A DNA stretch of 64,000 nt from an uncultured Acidimicrobiales bacterium (GTDB lineage Bacteria > Actinomycetota > Acidimicrobiia > Acidimicrobiales > CADCTF01). A model generated the notes under the pieces. The model did no database searches. It saw nothing but the letters and a program-made list of their open reading frames with translations, and was not told where the DNA came from. The translations under genes were made by a program, and so were the position numbers. The stretch lies in NCBI GenBank assembly GCA_902805655.1, contig CADCTF010000104.1:38302-102301 (forward strand), given 5' to 3'. Shown here one piece after another: positions 1 through 8,686 of this stretch. Every line of letters begins with the position of its first letter. Within the stretch, counting starts at the first letter, position 1.

Positions 1-2
1 CG

Positions 3-104
3 AGGGAAGGCGAGCTGGGTCGTGCGCCGGCCGGCCGCACCGTGACCATGTTGCTGGTCGGCTTGGTGGCGACGGTGTGGGCCGTGGCCTCGCTGACCAC
101 ATGA
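3..104 (+). CDS. 3' end of a membrane protein (partial, runs off window start)
   Basis: Open frame REGELGRAPAGRTVTMLLVGLVATVWAVASLTT* with a hydrophobic C-terminal helix; TGA at 102-104, just before the next ATG at 109. Confidence 0.5.
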   Translation, partial: REGELGRAPAGRTVTMLLVGLVATVWAVASLTT

Positions 105-108
105 CCAC

Positions 109-729
109 ATGACCGCTGCGCCGGAGCCGACCGACCGGCTCGCCCAGCAGATCGACTTCCTCCTCGAGATCGACAAGGCGAAGACCATCCTGCGGCGCAG
201 CTACATCACCGATGGCTCCCGCAACGAGAACGACGGGGAGCACATGTGGCACCTCGCCCTCTTCGTGCTGGTGCTGGCCGAGCACGCCGACGAGCCGGTG
301 GACATCGGACGGGTGCTCCGGATGGTGCTCGTCCACGACATCGTGGAGATCGACGCGGGCGACACCTACGTCTACGACGAGGTGGGCAAGGCGACGCAGG
401 GGGCGAGGGAGTCGGCGGCCGCCGACCGGCTCTACGGGTTGCTTCCCCCTGACCAGGGCGCCGAGCTGCGGGCCGTCTGGGAGGAGTTCGAGGCGCGGAT
501 CACCCCGGAGGCACGCTTCGCCGCCGCGGTCGACCGCCTGCAGCCGCTGCTGCTCAACCTGGCCACCGATGGGCGCACCTGGCGCGAGCACGGCACCACG
601 GCCGACCGCGTGCGAGCCATCAACTCGAGGATCGGGAGCGGTTCCTCGACGCTGTGGGACCACGCACAGCGGTTGCTGGACGGTGCCGTGGACCAGGGCC
701 ATCTGGCCCCACCGCCTCAGGAAGGCTGA
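109..729 (+). CDS. HD-domain metal-dependent phosphohydrolase (YfbR/HDDC2-like)
   Basis: Motifs ENDGEHMW, LVHDIVEIDAGD, VDRLQP. Confidence 0.9.
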   Translation: MTAAPEPTDRLAQQIDFLLEIDKAKTILRRSYITDGSRNENDGEHMWHLALFVLVLAEHADEPVDIGRVLRMVLVHDIVEIDAGDTYVYDEVGKATQGARESAAADRLYGLLPPDQGAELRAVWEEFEARITPEARFAAAVDRLQPLLLNLATDGRTWREHGTTADRVRAINSRIGSGSSTLWDHAQRLLDGAVDQGHLAPPPQEG

Positions 730-1172
730 GCTTCTTCCGCCTCGATGGCGGCCAGCTGGTCGATGCGGGCCTGGTGGCGGCCCCCCTCGTAGTCGGTGGT
801 GAGGAACACGCCGGCGATGACCTTGGCGTAGGCAGCGGCCACCTGGCGGGCCCCGATGGAGAGCACGTTGGCGTCGTTGTGCTGGCGCGCCATACGGGCC
901 GTCCACTCGTCGTGGCACAGGGCGGCGCGGACGCCGTGCACCTTGTTGGCCGCGATCTGCTCGCCTTGTCCGGAACCGCCGATCACGATGGCCCGATCGG
1001 CCTCGCCCCTCACGACGGCCCGGCCCGCCGCTGCGCACAGCGGGGGGTAGTCGACGGGGTCGCTGGAATGGGTGCCGAGGTCGACCACCGCGTGACCGAG
1101 ACCCTCGAGGTAGGGCAAGAGCTCATGCTTCAGGTCGAACCCGGCGTGGTCGGCGGCGATGACGATCCTCAC
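717..1172 (-). CDS. rpiB: Ribose-5-phosphate isomerase B
   Basis: ADHAG, DYP, GGSGQGEQIAANK, RQHNDANVL, GGRHQARI. Confidence 0.95.
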   Translation of the reverse strand: MRIVIAADHAGFDLKHELLPYLEGLGHAVVDLGTHSSDPVDYPPLCAAAGRAVVRGEADRAIVIGGSGQGEQIAANKVHGVRAALCHDEWTARMARQHNDANVLSIGARQVAAAYAKVIAGVFLTTDYEGGRHQARIDQLAAIEAEEAQPS

Positions 1173-1219
1173 GGGACGGGAGTTTGGCCCAACTTCCGGA
1201 CTGCCGCGACCATGGGACG

Positions 1220-1456
1220 GTGAAGGTGTGGATCGACCAGGATCTCTGCACGGGCGACGGGCTCTGCACCGATCACGCCCCCCCGGTCTTCACCCTCCTG
1301 GAGGACGGCATCGCCTACGTGCAGGAGCGCGGGCGGGTGCTCAACGACCCGGGAGGCGCCAGCAGCCTGGCGACCGTGCCGCCGGGGCTCACCGGCGACG
1401 TGGTGCATGCCGCCGACGACTGCCCCGGGGAGTGCATCTTCATCGAGCTCGACTAG
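1220..1456 (+). CDS. Single-cluster ferredoxin
   Basis: VKVWIDQDLCTGDGLC...CPGECI (CxxDxxC...CP); GTG start chosen at 1220. Confidence 0.9.
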   Translation: MKVWIDQDLCTGDGLCTDHAPPVFTLLEDGIAYVQERGRVLNDPGGASSLATVPPGLTGDVVHAADDCPGECIFIELD

Positions 1457-1466
1457 AGGGCCCGGC

Positions 1467-3158
1467 TCAGCGGTCGAGCCAGACGTGGCTGTAGCGGACG
1501 ATCGAGCTCGGCGTGCCGTCACCCTTGGTCCCATCGGGGAACACCCATCCGGGGATGTTCTTCACCTCGGCCTTGGCCCCGTTGGTCGTGGCCAGCCCGC
1601 CGTGGTAGATCTTCGGCATCTCCTCGGCCAGCACCACCATCAGGTCCTGGTAGATCTTCCGGCGCTCTTCCGGGTTCCCGCTCCTGCGGCCGAGATCGAG
1701 CAGCCGCTTGACCTCGGCGTTGTCGATGTCGTTCGAGTTGGCCGCCGCCTTCACGTCGTAGAGGGAGTTGTACAGGACGTCGGGGTCCTCGTCCGAGCCG
1801 CCGCGGGTGCAGGTGACGTCGTAGCCGGCCTTGAAGTCCGGCGCCTGCCCGACGGAGCGCTGCGACAGCACGGTCTGGTCGACGAGGCTCAGCTCGATGT
1901 CGATGCCGACGTCCTTCCATCGACCCTGGTACAGCAGCACCAGGTCGTTGAGGCTCGAGACCCCGGCCGTGCACGTGAACTGGCCGAGGTTGATGCGCGA
2001 CCCCACGGGCTTGCCGTCTGAGCGGCTGGGGTCGTTCATGTACTCGGTCGCCAAGGCCCGGGCCTTCGGCACGTCGTTCATGGCGTAGACCTTGGCGGCC
2101 TGCTCGGAGTAGAAGGGCGAGTCCTTGGCGAACAGCTGGGTCGTCACGGGGGCGATGCCCTCGAGGCCCTGCACGCTGATGAGCTCCTCCTGCTTGACCG
2201 CGTAGCCCATCGCCCGGCGCACCCGCTTGTCGCTCATGGGGGGCTTCTGCATGTTGATGTTGATGTTGGCGACCTGGTTGCCGATGTCGGGGTACTCCTT
2301 GATGCGGCCGCCGCTCTCCTTGGCCGCCTTGGCCACGTTCTGCGCCTGGCGCACCGTGAGCATCGTGTCGATCTCACCCGAGAGGAGGCTGGCCAGCCGG
2401 GAGTCCTCATCGGGGATGGGCCGGTAGGTGATCTGGTCGAGGTACGGCAGGCCTGGCTGCCAGTAGTTCGGGTTCTTCTTCACGATGAGGTGGCTGTCGC
2501 GCTGCCAGCTCTCGAAGGTGAAGGGGCCGGTGCCCACGGGGCTGCTGAGCAGCGCGTCGCCCTTGGTCGTCGCCGCAGTCGGCGAGAAGGGCATGCCGAC
2601 GACGCCGGCGAGGAGTCCGGGGAAGGCGGCGTTGGGCGTCGTGAGCTTGTAGACCACGGTGAGGTCGTCGACCGTCCGGAGACTGTCGACGATCGTCAGG
2701 TTGGCGAACACCCGTGACGCCGGGATCTTCAGATGCTTGTCGAAGATCTCCTTGATGGCGGCTGCGTTGAGAGGCGTGCCGTCGTGGAACTTGACGTTGG
2801 GCCTGAGCTTGAGCGTGAACTCGTCGAGCGTCGCGTTTCCCGTCAGCGACTCCGCCAGATATGGGTGGAGCTCGCCCTTGCTGTCGTAGGACATCAAGGG
2901 GTCGTAGATGGCGTACATGATGCGGTTGCTGGCGACTTCACGGCCCGGCAGAAAGCCGTTGTAGTCGGCTTCCGTGCCTACGACGAGATGACCCCCGACC
3001 TTCGGTGTCCCTCCGTCGGAGCCCGCGGTCTCCTCACCGGAGCCACTGCCTTCGCCACCGCACGCGGCGAGAGCAAGGAGCCCGAGTGCCAGTAGCACGG
3101 CCATCGCCGCCCGACCTGCACGAGGCGCGCTTGCGCGCGCCGCACCATCCCTTCCCAT
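1467..3158 (-). CDS. ABC transporter substrate-binding lipoprotein, family 5 (peptide/nickel type), paralog 1
   Basis: Lipobox LAAC; IYDPL, LRPNVKFHDGTPL, PVGTGPF, KNPNYW. Confidence 0.92.
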   Translation of the reverse strand: MGRDGAARASAPRAGRAAMAVLLALGLLALAACGGEGSGSGEETAGSDGGTPKVGGHLVVGTEADYNGFLPGREVASNRIMYAIYDPLMSYDSKGELHPYLAESLTGNATLDEFTLKLRPNVKFHDGTPLNAAAIKEIFDKHLKIPASRVFANLTIVDSLRTVDDLTVVYKLTTPNAAFPGLLAGVVGMPFSPTAATTKGDALLSSPVGTGPFTFESWQRDSHLIVKKNPNYWQPGLPYLDQITYRPIPDEDSRLASLLSGEIDTMLTVRQAQNVAKAAKESGGRIKEYPDIGNQVANININMQKPPMSDKRVRRAMGYAVKQEELISVQGLEGIAPVTTQLFAKDSPFYSEQAAKVYAMNDVPKARALATEYMNDPSRSDGKPVGSRINLGQFTCTAGVSSLNDLVLLYQGRWKDVGIDIELSLVDQTVLSQRSVGQAPDFKAGYDVTCTRGGSDEDPDVLYNSLYDVKAAANSNDIDNAEVKRLLDLGRRSGNPEERRKIYQDLMVVLAEEMPKIYHGGLATTNGAKAEVKNIPGWVFPDGTKGDGTPSSIVRYSHVWLDR

Positions 3159-3247
3159 AGGTCATTCCCCCCGGATTGACGTAGTGCTCTTGCCGCTGAA
3201 AATAGCCACATTCCTGACGGAGCGCTACGGAATGTTGCCCGAGACCT

Positions 3248-4789
3248 TCAGGACAGGATGGGCACGGCTCGGGCGGTGATGACGACGCCCAGCACGATGA
3301 GCAGCGCGGCGCCGGCCACGGGAAGGGCTCGCGCCGTCCGCCCGCTCACCAGGCCGCGCCGCTCGAGCATCGAGCGGCCATAGACGAGGCCGAGACCCAC
3401 GGCCGTCAGGGTGAAGGCCAAGCCGGCCGAGAAGGCGGCCACCAGAGCCAGGCCCGTGCCGGCCCGGCCCAGCGCGAACGCGCTCACCAGCACCACGACG
3501 GCCGAGGGTGAGGGGAACAGCCCGCCGGAGGCGCCCAGTGCGAGCAGCCCGCGGCGCGACAGCGGACGCACGTCGGCGGGGAGTGCGTGGGTGTGGCCGC
3601 CGGGACCGTGCCCGTGGTCATGCCCGTGTTCAGGCTCCTGGTGCGAATGCTCGTGCTCGTGGTGGGAGGTGTGCTCGTGGTGATCGTGCTCGTGGTGCGA
3701 GTGATCGTGCTCGTCGCCGTGATCGTGGTGCTGGTGGGGATCCTGGTCGTGGTGAGCGGATGCCGACCGGGCGGCCAGCCGTGACCGGAGCAGCCAGGCA
3801 CCGACGCCGATGACGGTCAGGCCCGATGCCAGGGCGAACCATGGGTAGGCGCGCTCTCCCGATGTCGACCGGTCGAGCCGGAACAGCACCACCGCGATCA
3901 CCAGCACGCTCACGGTGTGCATCAGCGACACCGCGCCGCCCAGGGCGACCGCGTCGCGACGGCGGCCCTTGGTGCCGACCAGGTACGCCGCCATGAGGGT
4001 CTTGCCGTGGCCCGGGCCGATTGCATGCACGACGCCGAAGCCGAAGGACAGTGCCAGCAGGCCGAGGGTGACGCCGACGGACCCGTCGGTGCGAGCCGCA
4101 AGGCCCCCGAACCCGCCGATCGGAGCCGCGGGCGCCACGCGCGTCCTGAGCTCTGCCGCGGGCACGGTCACCGTCCCGACGCGGACCGAGAAGGTCGCGG
4201 CCCGACGGTCGAGCGGCGCCTGGAGGAGGTTCTCCGGATAGCTGCGCAGCTCGTCACTGACGTCCCGTGCGGGAGCGTCGGAGGACAGGATCTCGCTGTC
4301 ACCCCGGGCCACCACGACGACCTCCCGCCAACCGACGCGTCGGGGCTCGTTGCCGTCGGTGAACACGACGCCGTGTGTCGAGCCGGGCGTCCATCCGGGA
4401 ACAGACGCGGAGTAGGCGATGGTGATCCGCAGCGTGGACAGGCCGCCTTCACCGGGAACGGTCTCCACCAGGTGCTCGTCGGCCCTCAGGCCGACCGCCA
4501 CGTCGTCCACCCGGAGCATGAGGCTGCCGGCGATCTCCTCGGCGCGCCGTGCCCCCAGCTGCGTTCGGTCACCCTCGAGGTCAGCGCGCTGCTGGAACGT
4601 CGGGATCTCCGCCGCGTCGTACACGTAGTGCACCCGGAGGACTCCGGCGGACACCTCGAGGCGGGCGTACCGGTTGACCGTGAAGTTGCCCAGGGGATGA
4701 GCGGACGCAGCCGCCGTCGGCCACAGGGCGAACAGCGGCCCGGCCAGGACGAGAACGGCCACCAGGCGCCGCATCAGTGATCGTGGCAT
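3248..4789 (-). CDS. RcnA/HoxN(NiCoT)-like Ni/Co transporter with N-terminal exported domain and His-rich loop
   Basis: Signal peptide then HPLGNF; VHAIGPGHGKTLMAAYLVG signature; 25 His in a 56-aa loop (3587-3754); GLFPSPSA; several TM helices. Start placed at ATG 4789. Confidence 0.85.
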   Translation of the reverse strand: MPRSLMRRLVAVLVLAGPLFALWPTAAASAHPLGNFTVNRYARLEVSAGVLRVHYVYDAAEIPTFQQRADLEGDRTQLGARRAEEIAGSLMLRVDDVAVGLRADEHLVETVPGEGGLSTLRITIAYSASVPGWTPGSTHGVVFTDGNEPRRVGWREVVVVARGDSEILSSDAPARDVSDELRSYPENLLQAPLDRRAATFSVRVGTVTVPAAELRTRVAPAAPIGGFGGLAARTDGSVGVTLGLLALSFGFGVVHAIGPGHGKTLMAAYLVGTKGRRRDAVALGGAVSLMHTVSVLVIAVVLFRLDRSTSGERAYPWFALASGLTVIGVGAWLLRSRLAARSASAHHDQDPHQHHDHGDEHDHSHHEHDHHEHTSHHEHEHSHQEPEHGHDHGHGPGGHTHALPADVRPLSRRGLLALGASGGLFPSPSAVVVLVSAFALGRAGTGLALVAAFSAGLAFTLTAVGLGLVYGRSMLERRGLVSGRTARALPVAGAALLIVLGVVITARAVPILS

Positions 4790-4797
4790 CGGGGTAA

Positions 4798-4837
4798 TAC
4801 GGAACCTCACGTCATCCGGATGGGCGATCACAACGTA
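4798..4837. promoter_or_regulatory. Back-to-back divergent ECF-sigma (SigK-like) promoter motifs
   Basis: + strand CATCC(4813-4817)-N16-CGTA(4834-4837); - strand CATCC(4822-4818)-N16-CGTA(4801-4798); central palindrome CATCCGGATG. Confidence 0.65.
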
Positions 4838-4869
4838 TGCACAACATCGACACCTTCGCCGGCAGGCTC

Positions 4870-5682
4870 GTGCATCGCTCGCAGACGTGCCTGCGCCCTG
4901 CGTTGCTCACGGTAGCGGTAGCCCTGGCGGCCACCTTCGCCGGCTGCTCCTCCGACGCTGAGGCAGGGTCGGCCGAGGCCAAGACCGACGCGTCGCTCTC
5001 CGACGGCGCAACGCCGGCGCCCTCCGCCCAAGCGGCCGTCGAGTCGCTGCTGCGAGCCGAGCAGGCCGGCGACCGCGTCAAGTCGTTCCGCCTGCTGGCC
5101 CCTGCCAGCCGGGCCACCTACCCGAGCGAGGTGGAGTGGACCAGACGGCGCAACGAGCTGCCGGCCGTCACCGGGTTCTCGGTCGACAAAGAGGTCGAAG
5201 ACGGGACGGTCGCCGCCCTCGTGGAGCACCGGCCCGGGCTCGACCCCTTCGTCGGACTGAGCGCTGCCCGCGAGCGACAGGTCTGGAAGGTCGTGAAGTC
5301 GGACGCCGGCTGGTTGGTCGAGGCGGAGCCGACCGTCGAGGTCCTCCTGCCGGACGAGGCCGGTGCGTCGTCGGCTGCCCTGCAGTGGGCGCGGGCCGTG
5401 CAGGCCTGCGACCGCCCGGCTGCGAGGGCCGCCCAGGCCACCGACCTGGTGGTAGGCGCGGCCACCGGTCCCGACCAGCTCTGCCGCACGTCTGGCGCGG
5501 TCGCGGCTGCTCGCGCCGCCCGCACACCCGGGGGCCCCGGAACTCAGCCACTCGTGGCCGAGTACGGAGCGGACGTCCTCGAGTGGTCACGCACCGTCGC
5601 CATCACCGGCGGCCCTCGTCCCTTCTCCCTGGTGCTCGCTCCCCTGGGTGACACCTGGAAGGTCGTGGGCGTCTTCGAGTGA
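4870..5682 (+). CDS. Hypothetical lipoprotein
   Basis: Hydrophobic segment with lipobox FAGC; repeated W-K-V strand motifs (QVWKVV, DTWKVV). Start is GTG 4870 or ATG 4837. Confidence 0.7.
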   Translation: MHRSQTCLRPALLTVAVALAATFAGCSSDAEAGSAEAKTDASLSDGATPAPSAQAAVESLLRAEQAGDRVKSFRLLAPASRATYPSEVEWTRRRNELPAVTGFSVDKEVEDGTVAALVEHRPGLDPFVGLSAARERQVWKVVKSDAGWLVEAEPTVEVLLPDEAGASSAALQWARAVQACDRPAARAAQATDLVVGAATGPDQLCRTSGAVAAARAARTPGGPGTQPLVAEYGADVLEWSRTVAITGGPRPFSLVLAPLGDTWKVVGVFE

Positions 5683-5769
5683 TCGAAGCGCTCGCGTAGC
5701 CGCCGCGCTCGGGCGCGGCTCAGCCCCACCCCATCCACCCACCAACTACACAGAATCGAAGGAAATCTC

Positions 5770-7275
5770 TTGAGAGCCCGCAGAAAAGCCCTTGCGGCGA
5801 TGACGGCCACGGCCGTCCTCACCGGACTGGCTGGCATGGCGTCTCCCGCGTCGGCATCGAGCCACCGCGAAGCACCCATGATCAGCCAGGACCCGACGGT
5901 GGACAACACCGACGTGTACCTGTTCCGCGACGCGGCTGACCCGTCGAAGGTCAACATCGTCGCCAACTACATCCCGCTTCAGGACCCCGCCTCCGGACCG
6001 AACTTCTTCCGGTTCGGCGACGACGCCCTGTACGAGATCCACGTAGACAACGACGGCGATGTCGTGCAGGACATCACCTACCAGTTCCGCTTCCGTACCA
6101 CCATCGTCAACCCCAACACGTTCCTGTACAACACGGGTCAGATCACGGCTCCGCACGACGGCAACCAGAACATCCGCCAGTCGTACTCGATCCGCAAGAT
6201 CACCCATCAGGGGTCCACGCTGCTCGCCGACGACGTGATCAGCCCTCCCGTCAACGTGGGCTTCCGCTCCACGCCTGACTACGAGGCCAAGATCGCCGAG
6301 CCGTCCATCCATCCCATGGCTGGTGGCGGTCAGGTGTTCGCAGGTCAGCGTGAGGAGCCGTTCTTCGTCGATGTCGGGTCGGCGTTCGACCTGCTCGGCC
6401 TCCGGCCCCTCAACCCGGCGCACCTGATCCCGTCAGACGCGGCACCCGGTGTCGACGGCCTGGCCGGCAAGAACGTCAACAGCATCGTCATGCAGCTCCC
6501 GATCGCCGAGGTCCTGGCGCCCGGGGCCTCGGCTGCATGCCACACGGCCGGCAGCACGCAGAACGACAAGTCCTGCGTGTTCGGCGTCTACGCCTCGTCC
6601 AGCCGCCAGCGTGTCCGCACGCTGGCTCAGGACGGCGGCGCACCCCGCGCCTCCGGCCGTTGGACACAGGTCAGCCGTCTCGCCATCCCGTTGGTGAACG
6701 AGGTGCTCATCCCGCTGGGCCAGAAGGATCGCTTCAACTCCTCCCACCCCAAGGATGACGCTCAGTACTTCGGCCCGATCCTCGACCCTGAGCCCACCAA
6801 GCTCTTCCCGGTCCTGTATCCCGCCGCCTTCGCCGGCAACGGGGCACCGAACGGCGGCGTTCCCGCTGGTGGCTTCAACGCCGACGGCTCCATCCGTCGC
6901 GGCGACATCGCCGCCGTGCTGAGTGGTGCCGGTGCCGGTCTCATGGGCGATCAGCTCCTGCCTCCGGCAGACCTCGTTCGGCTCAACGTGACCACTCCGG
7001 CCACGGCTCCGAACCAGGGCAACCGCCTCGCCATCCTGGCTGGTGACGGTGGTGGCTTCCCCAACGGTCGTCGCCTCGTGGATGACGTCGTGGACATCGA
7101 GCTCCGGCTTCTCGCCGGCGGCACGCCGTTCACGCCGGAGTACAACGTGGCGCCCAACAACATCCTCACCGATGGTGTCGATGGCAACGACCGGCCGTTC
7201 AAGAACAGCTTCCCGTACCTGGCCACGCCGAACTCCGGCTACAACCAGAACGCCTCTGATCCGAAGCCGCTGTAG
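5770..7275 (+). CDS. Secreted DUF4331-family protein
   Basis: Signal peptide then SSHREAP; DNTDVYLF, VFAGQREEPFFVD, QVSRLAIPLVNEVL, GFPNGRRLVDDVVDIEL, FPYLATP. Confidence 0.9.
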   Translation: MRARRKALAAMTATAVLTGLAGMASPASASSHREAPMISQDPTVDNTDVYLFRDAADPSKVNIVANYIPLQDPASGPNFFRFGDDALYEIHVDNDGDVVQDITYQFRFRTTIVNPNTFLYNTGQITAPHDGNQNIRQSYSIRKITHQGSTLLADDVISPPVNVGFRSTPDYEAKIAEPSIHPMAGGGQVFAGQREEPFFVDVGSAFDLLGLRPLNPAHLIPSDAAPGVDGLAGKNVNSIVMQLPIAEVLAPGASAACHTAGSTQNDKSCVFGVYASSSRQRVRTLAQDGGAPRASGRWTQVSRLAIPLVNEVLIPLGQKDRFNSSHPKDDAQYFGPILDPEPTKLFPVLYPAAFAGNGAPNGGVPAGGFNADGSIRRGDIAAVLSGAGAGLMGDQLLPPADLVRLNVTTPATAPNQGNRLAILAGDGGGFPNGRRLVDDVVDIELRLLAGGTPFTPEYNVAPNNILTDGVDGNDRPFKNSFPYLATPNSGYNQNASDPKPL

Positions 7276-7289
7276 GGATCGGTAGACAC

Positions 7290-8672
7290 ATGACCCGCAC
7301 GACAACCGTCGTGCTCGTCACACTTCTCGCCCTCACCGTCCCGGGCTGCGCTCGGGACGGTGGGGTCGAGGCCGGTGGCGGGCTGCAGGCGACCCCGCCG
7401 TCGCTCGCCGTCGACCCGGCCAGCACGTCCCCCACTGATCAGGACATCCTCCGGATCCAGACCAAGCTCTCCGCTCGCCCGGCCGACCCCACGGCCCGGC
7501 TCGAGCTCGCCTACGCCTTCCTGCAGAAGGCTCGGGAGACCGGCGACCCCTCGCTCTACACCAAGGCCGATGCCCTCCTGACCGACCTGGCCGCGTCGCC
7601 AGAAGGCAAGACCAACCCGGGGGTGCTCGTGGCGCAGGGCACGCTCTCCCTCGCCCGTCACCGCTTCGAAGACGCACTCGATCTCGGCCGTCGAGCCGTG
7701 GTGGCCGCACCCGGCAACGCCTCCGCCCTGGGCGTGGTGGTAGACGCCAGCAACGAGCTCGGTCGCTACGACGAAGCCGTGGAAGCCACCCAGGCGATGG
7801 CCGACGCCCGCCCGTCGCTGCCCGCACTGGCTCGGGTGTCCTACGCCCGGGAGCTCCGTGGGGATCTGGCCGGCGCCATCACCGCCATGGCCCAGGCCGT
7901 GGGCGCAGGCGCCGGCACCGGCGAGAACCTCGCTTACGCCCAGGTGCAGCTGGGCCACCTACTGCTGACCTCGGGTGACCTGGCCGCCGCGGAGACCGCC
8001 TATGCCGCCGCCGCCCGATCGTTCCCGGGCTCGGCCCTTCCGGACGCCGGGCGGGCTCGGGTGCTGGTGGCCCAAGGGAACCCGTCGGACGCCGCCGACC
8101 TGCTGGCCGGGGTGGTGCAGCAGCTGCCCATCGCCGAGCACGCGATCGCTCACGGAGAAGCGCTTGCCGCCGCCGGGCGCCGGTCCGAAGCCGACTCCGC
8201 GTTCGAGCTGGTGCGGGCGATCGCCAAGCTCGACAAGGCCAACGGCGTGAACACCGACCTCGAGATGGCGTTGTTCGAAGCCGACCACGGCCGGCCCTCG
8301 GAAGCCGTGAAGGTGGCCCGCACCGCCCTGAAGGGCCGCCCCGGCATCTACGGCCGGGACGCCCTGGCCTGGGCCCTCTTCCGTGACGGGAAGGTGGACG
8401 AGGCCTCGATCGAGGCTCGGAAGGCTACCGTGCTCGGAACCCGCGACCCGTCGCTGCGATTCCACGCCGCTGTCATCGCCGACGCCAAGGGCGACCGGCA
8501 AGCGGCCACGGAGCACCTCACGGTCGTGCTGGCCACCAACCCCGCCTTCTCCGCCCACCACGGTCCGGCCGTCCGCTCCCTAGCCGCTCGCCTGGGCCTC
8601 GCTGCCCCGCAAACCCCCGTAGCTGTCGTTGCAGCACCAGTTGTCCCTGCACGGCCCATCCGGGCCGGCTGA
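7290..8672 (+). CDS. Tetratricopeptide-repeat lipoprotein
   Basis: Lipobox-like VPGC; ARETGDPSLY; multiple Ala-rich TPR-like helical repeats; DALAWALF. Confidence 0.85.
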   Translation: MTRTTTVVLVTLLALTVPGCARDGGVEAGGGLQATPPSLAVDPASTSPTDQDILRIQTKLSARPADPTARLELAYAFLQKARETGDPSLYTKADALLTDLAASPEGKTNPGVLVAQGTLSLARHRFEDALDLGRRAVVAAPGNASALGVVVDASNELGRYDEAVEATQAMADARPSLPALARVSYARELRGDLAGAITAMAQAVGAGAGTGENLAYAQVQLGHLLLTSGDLAAAETAYAAAARSFPGSALPDAGRARVLVAQGNPSDAADLLAGVVQQLPIAEHAIAHGEALAAAGRRSEADSAFELVRAIAKLDKANGVNTDLEMALFEADHGRPSEAVKVARTALKGRPGIYGRDALAWALFRDGKVDEASIEARKATVLGTRDPSLRFHAAVIADAKGDRQAATEHLTVVLATNPAFSAHHGPAVRSLAARLGLAAPQTPVAVVAAPVVPARPIRAG

Positions 8673-8686
8673 CCGGAAGGAACCGC

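Noticed and set aside
3587-3754. GTG/GTGCTC-rich tandem-like repeats as a VNTR or CRISPR array
   Set aside because: They encode the His-rich loop; no constant repeat with unique spacers
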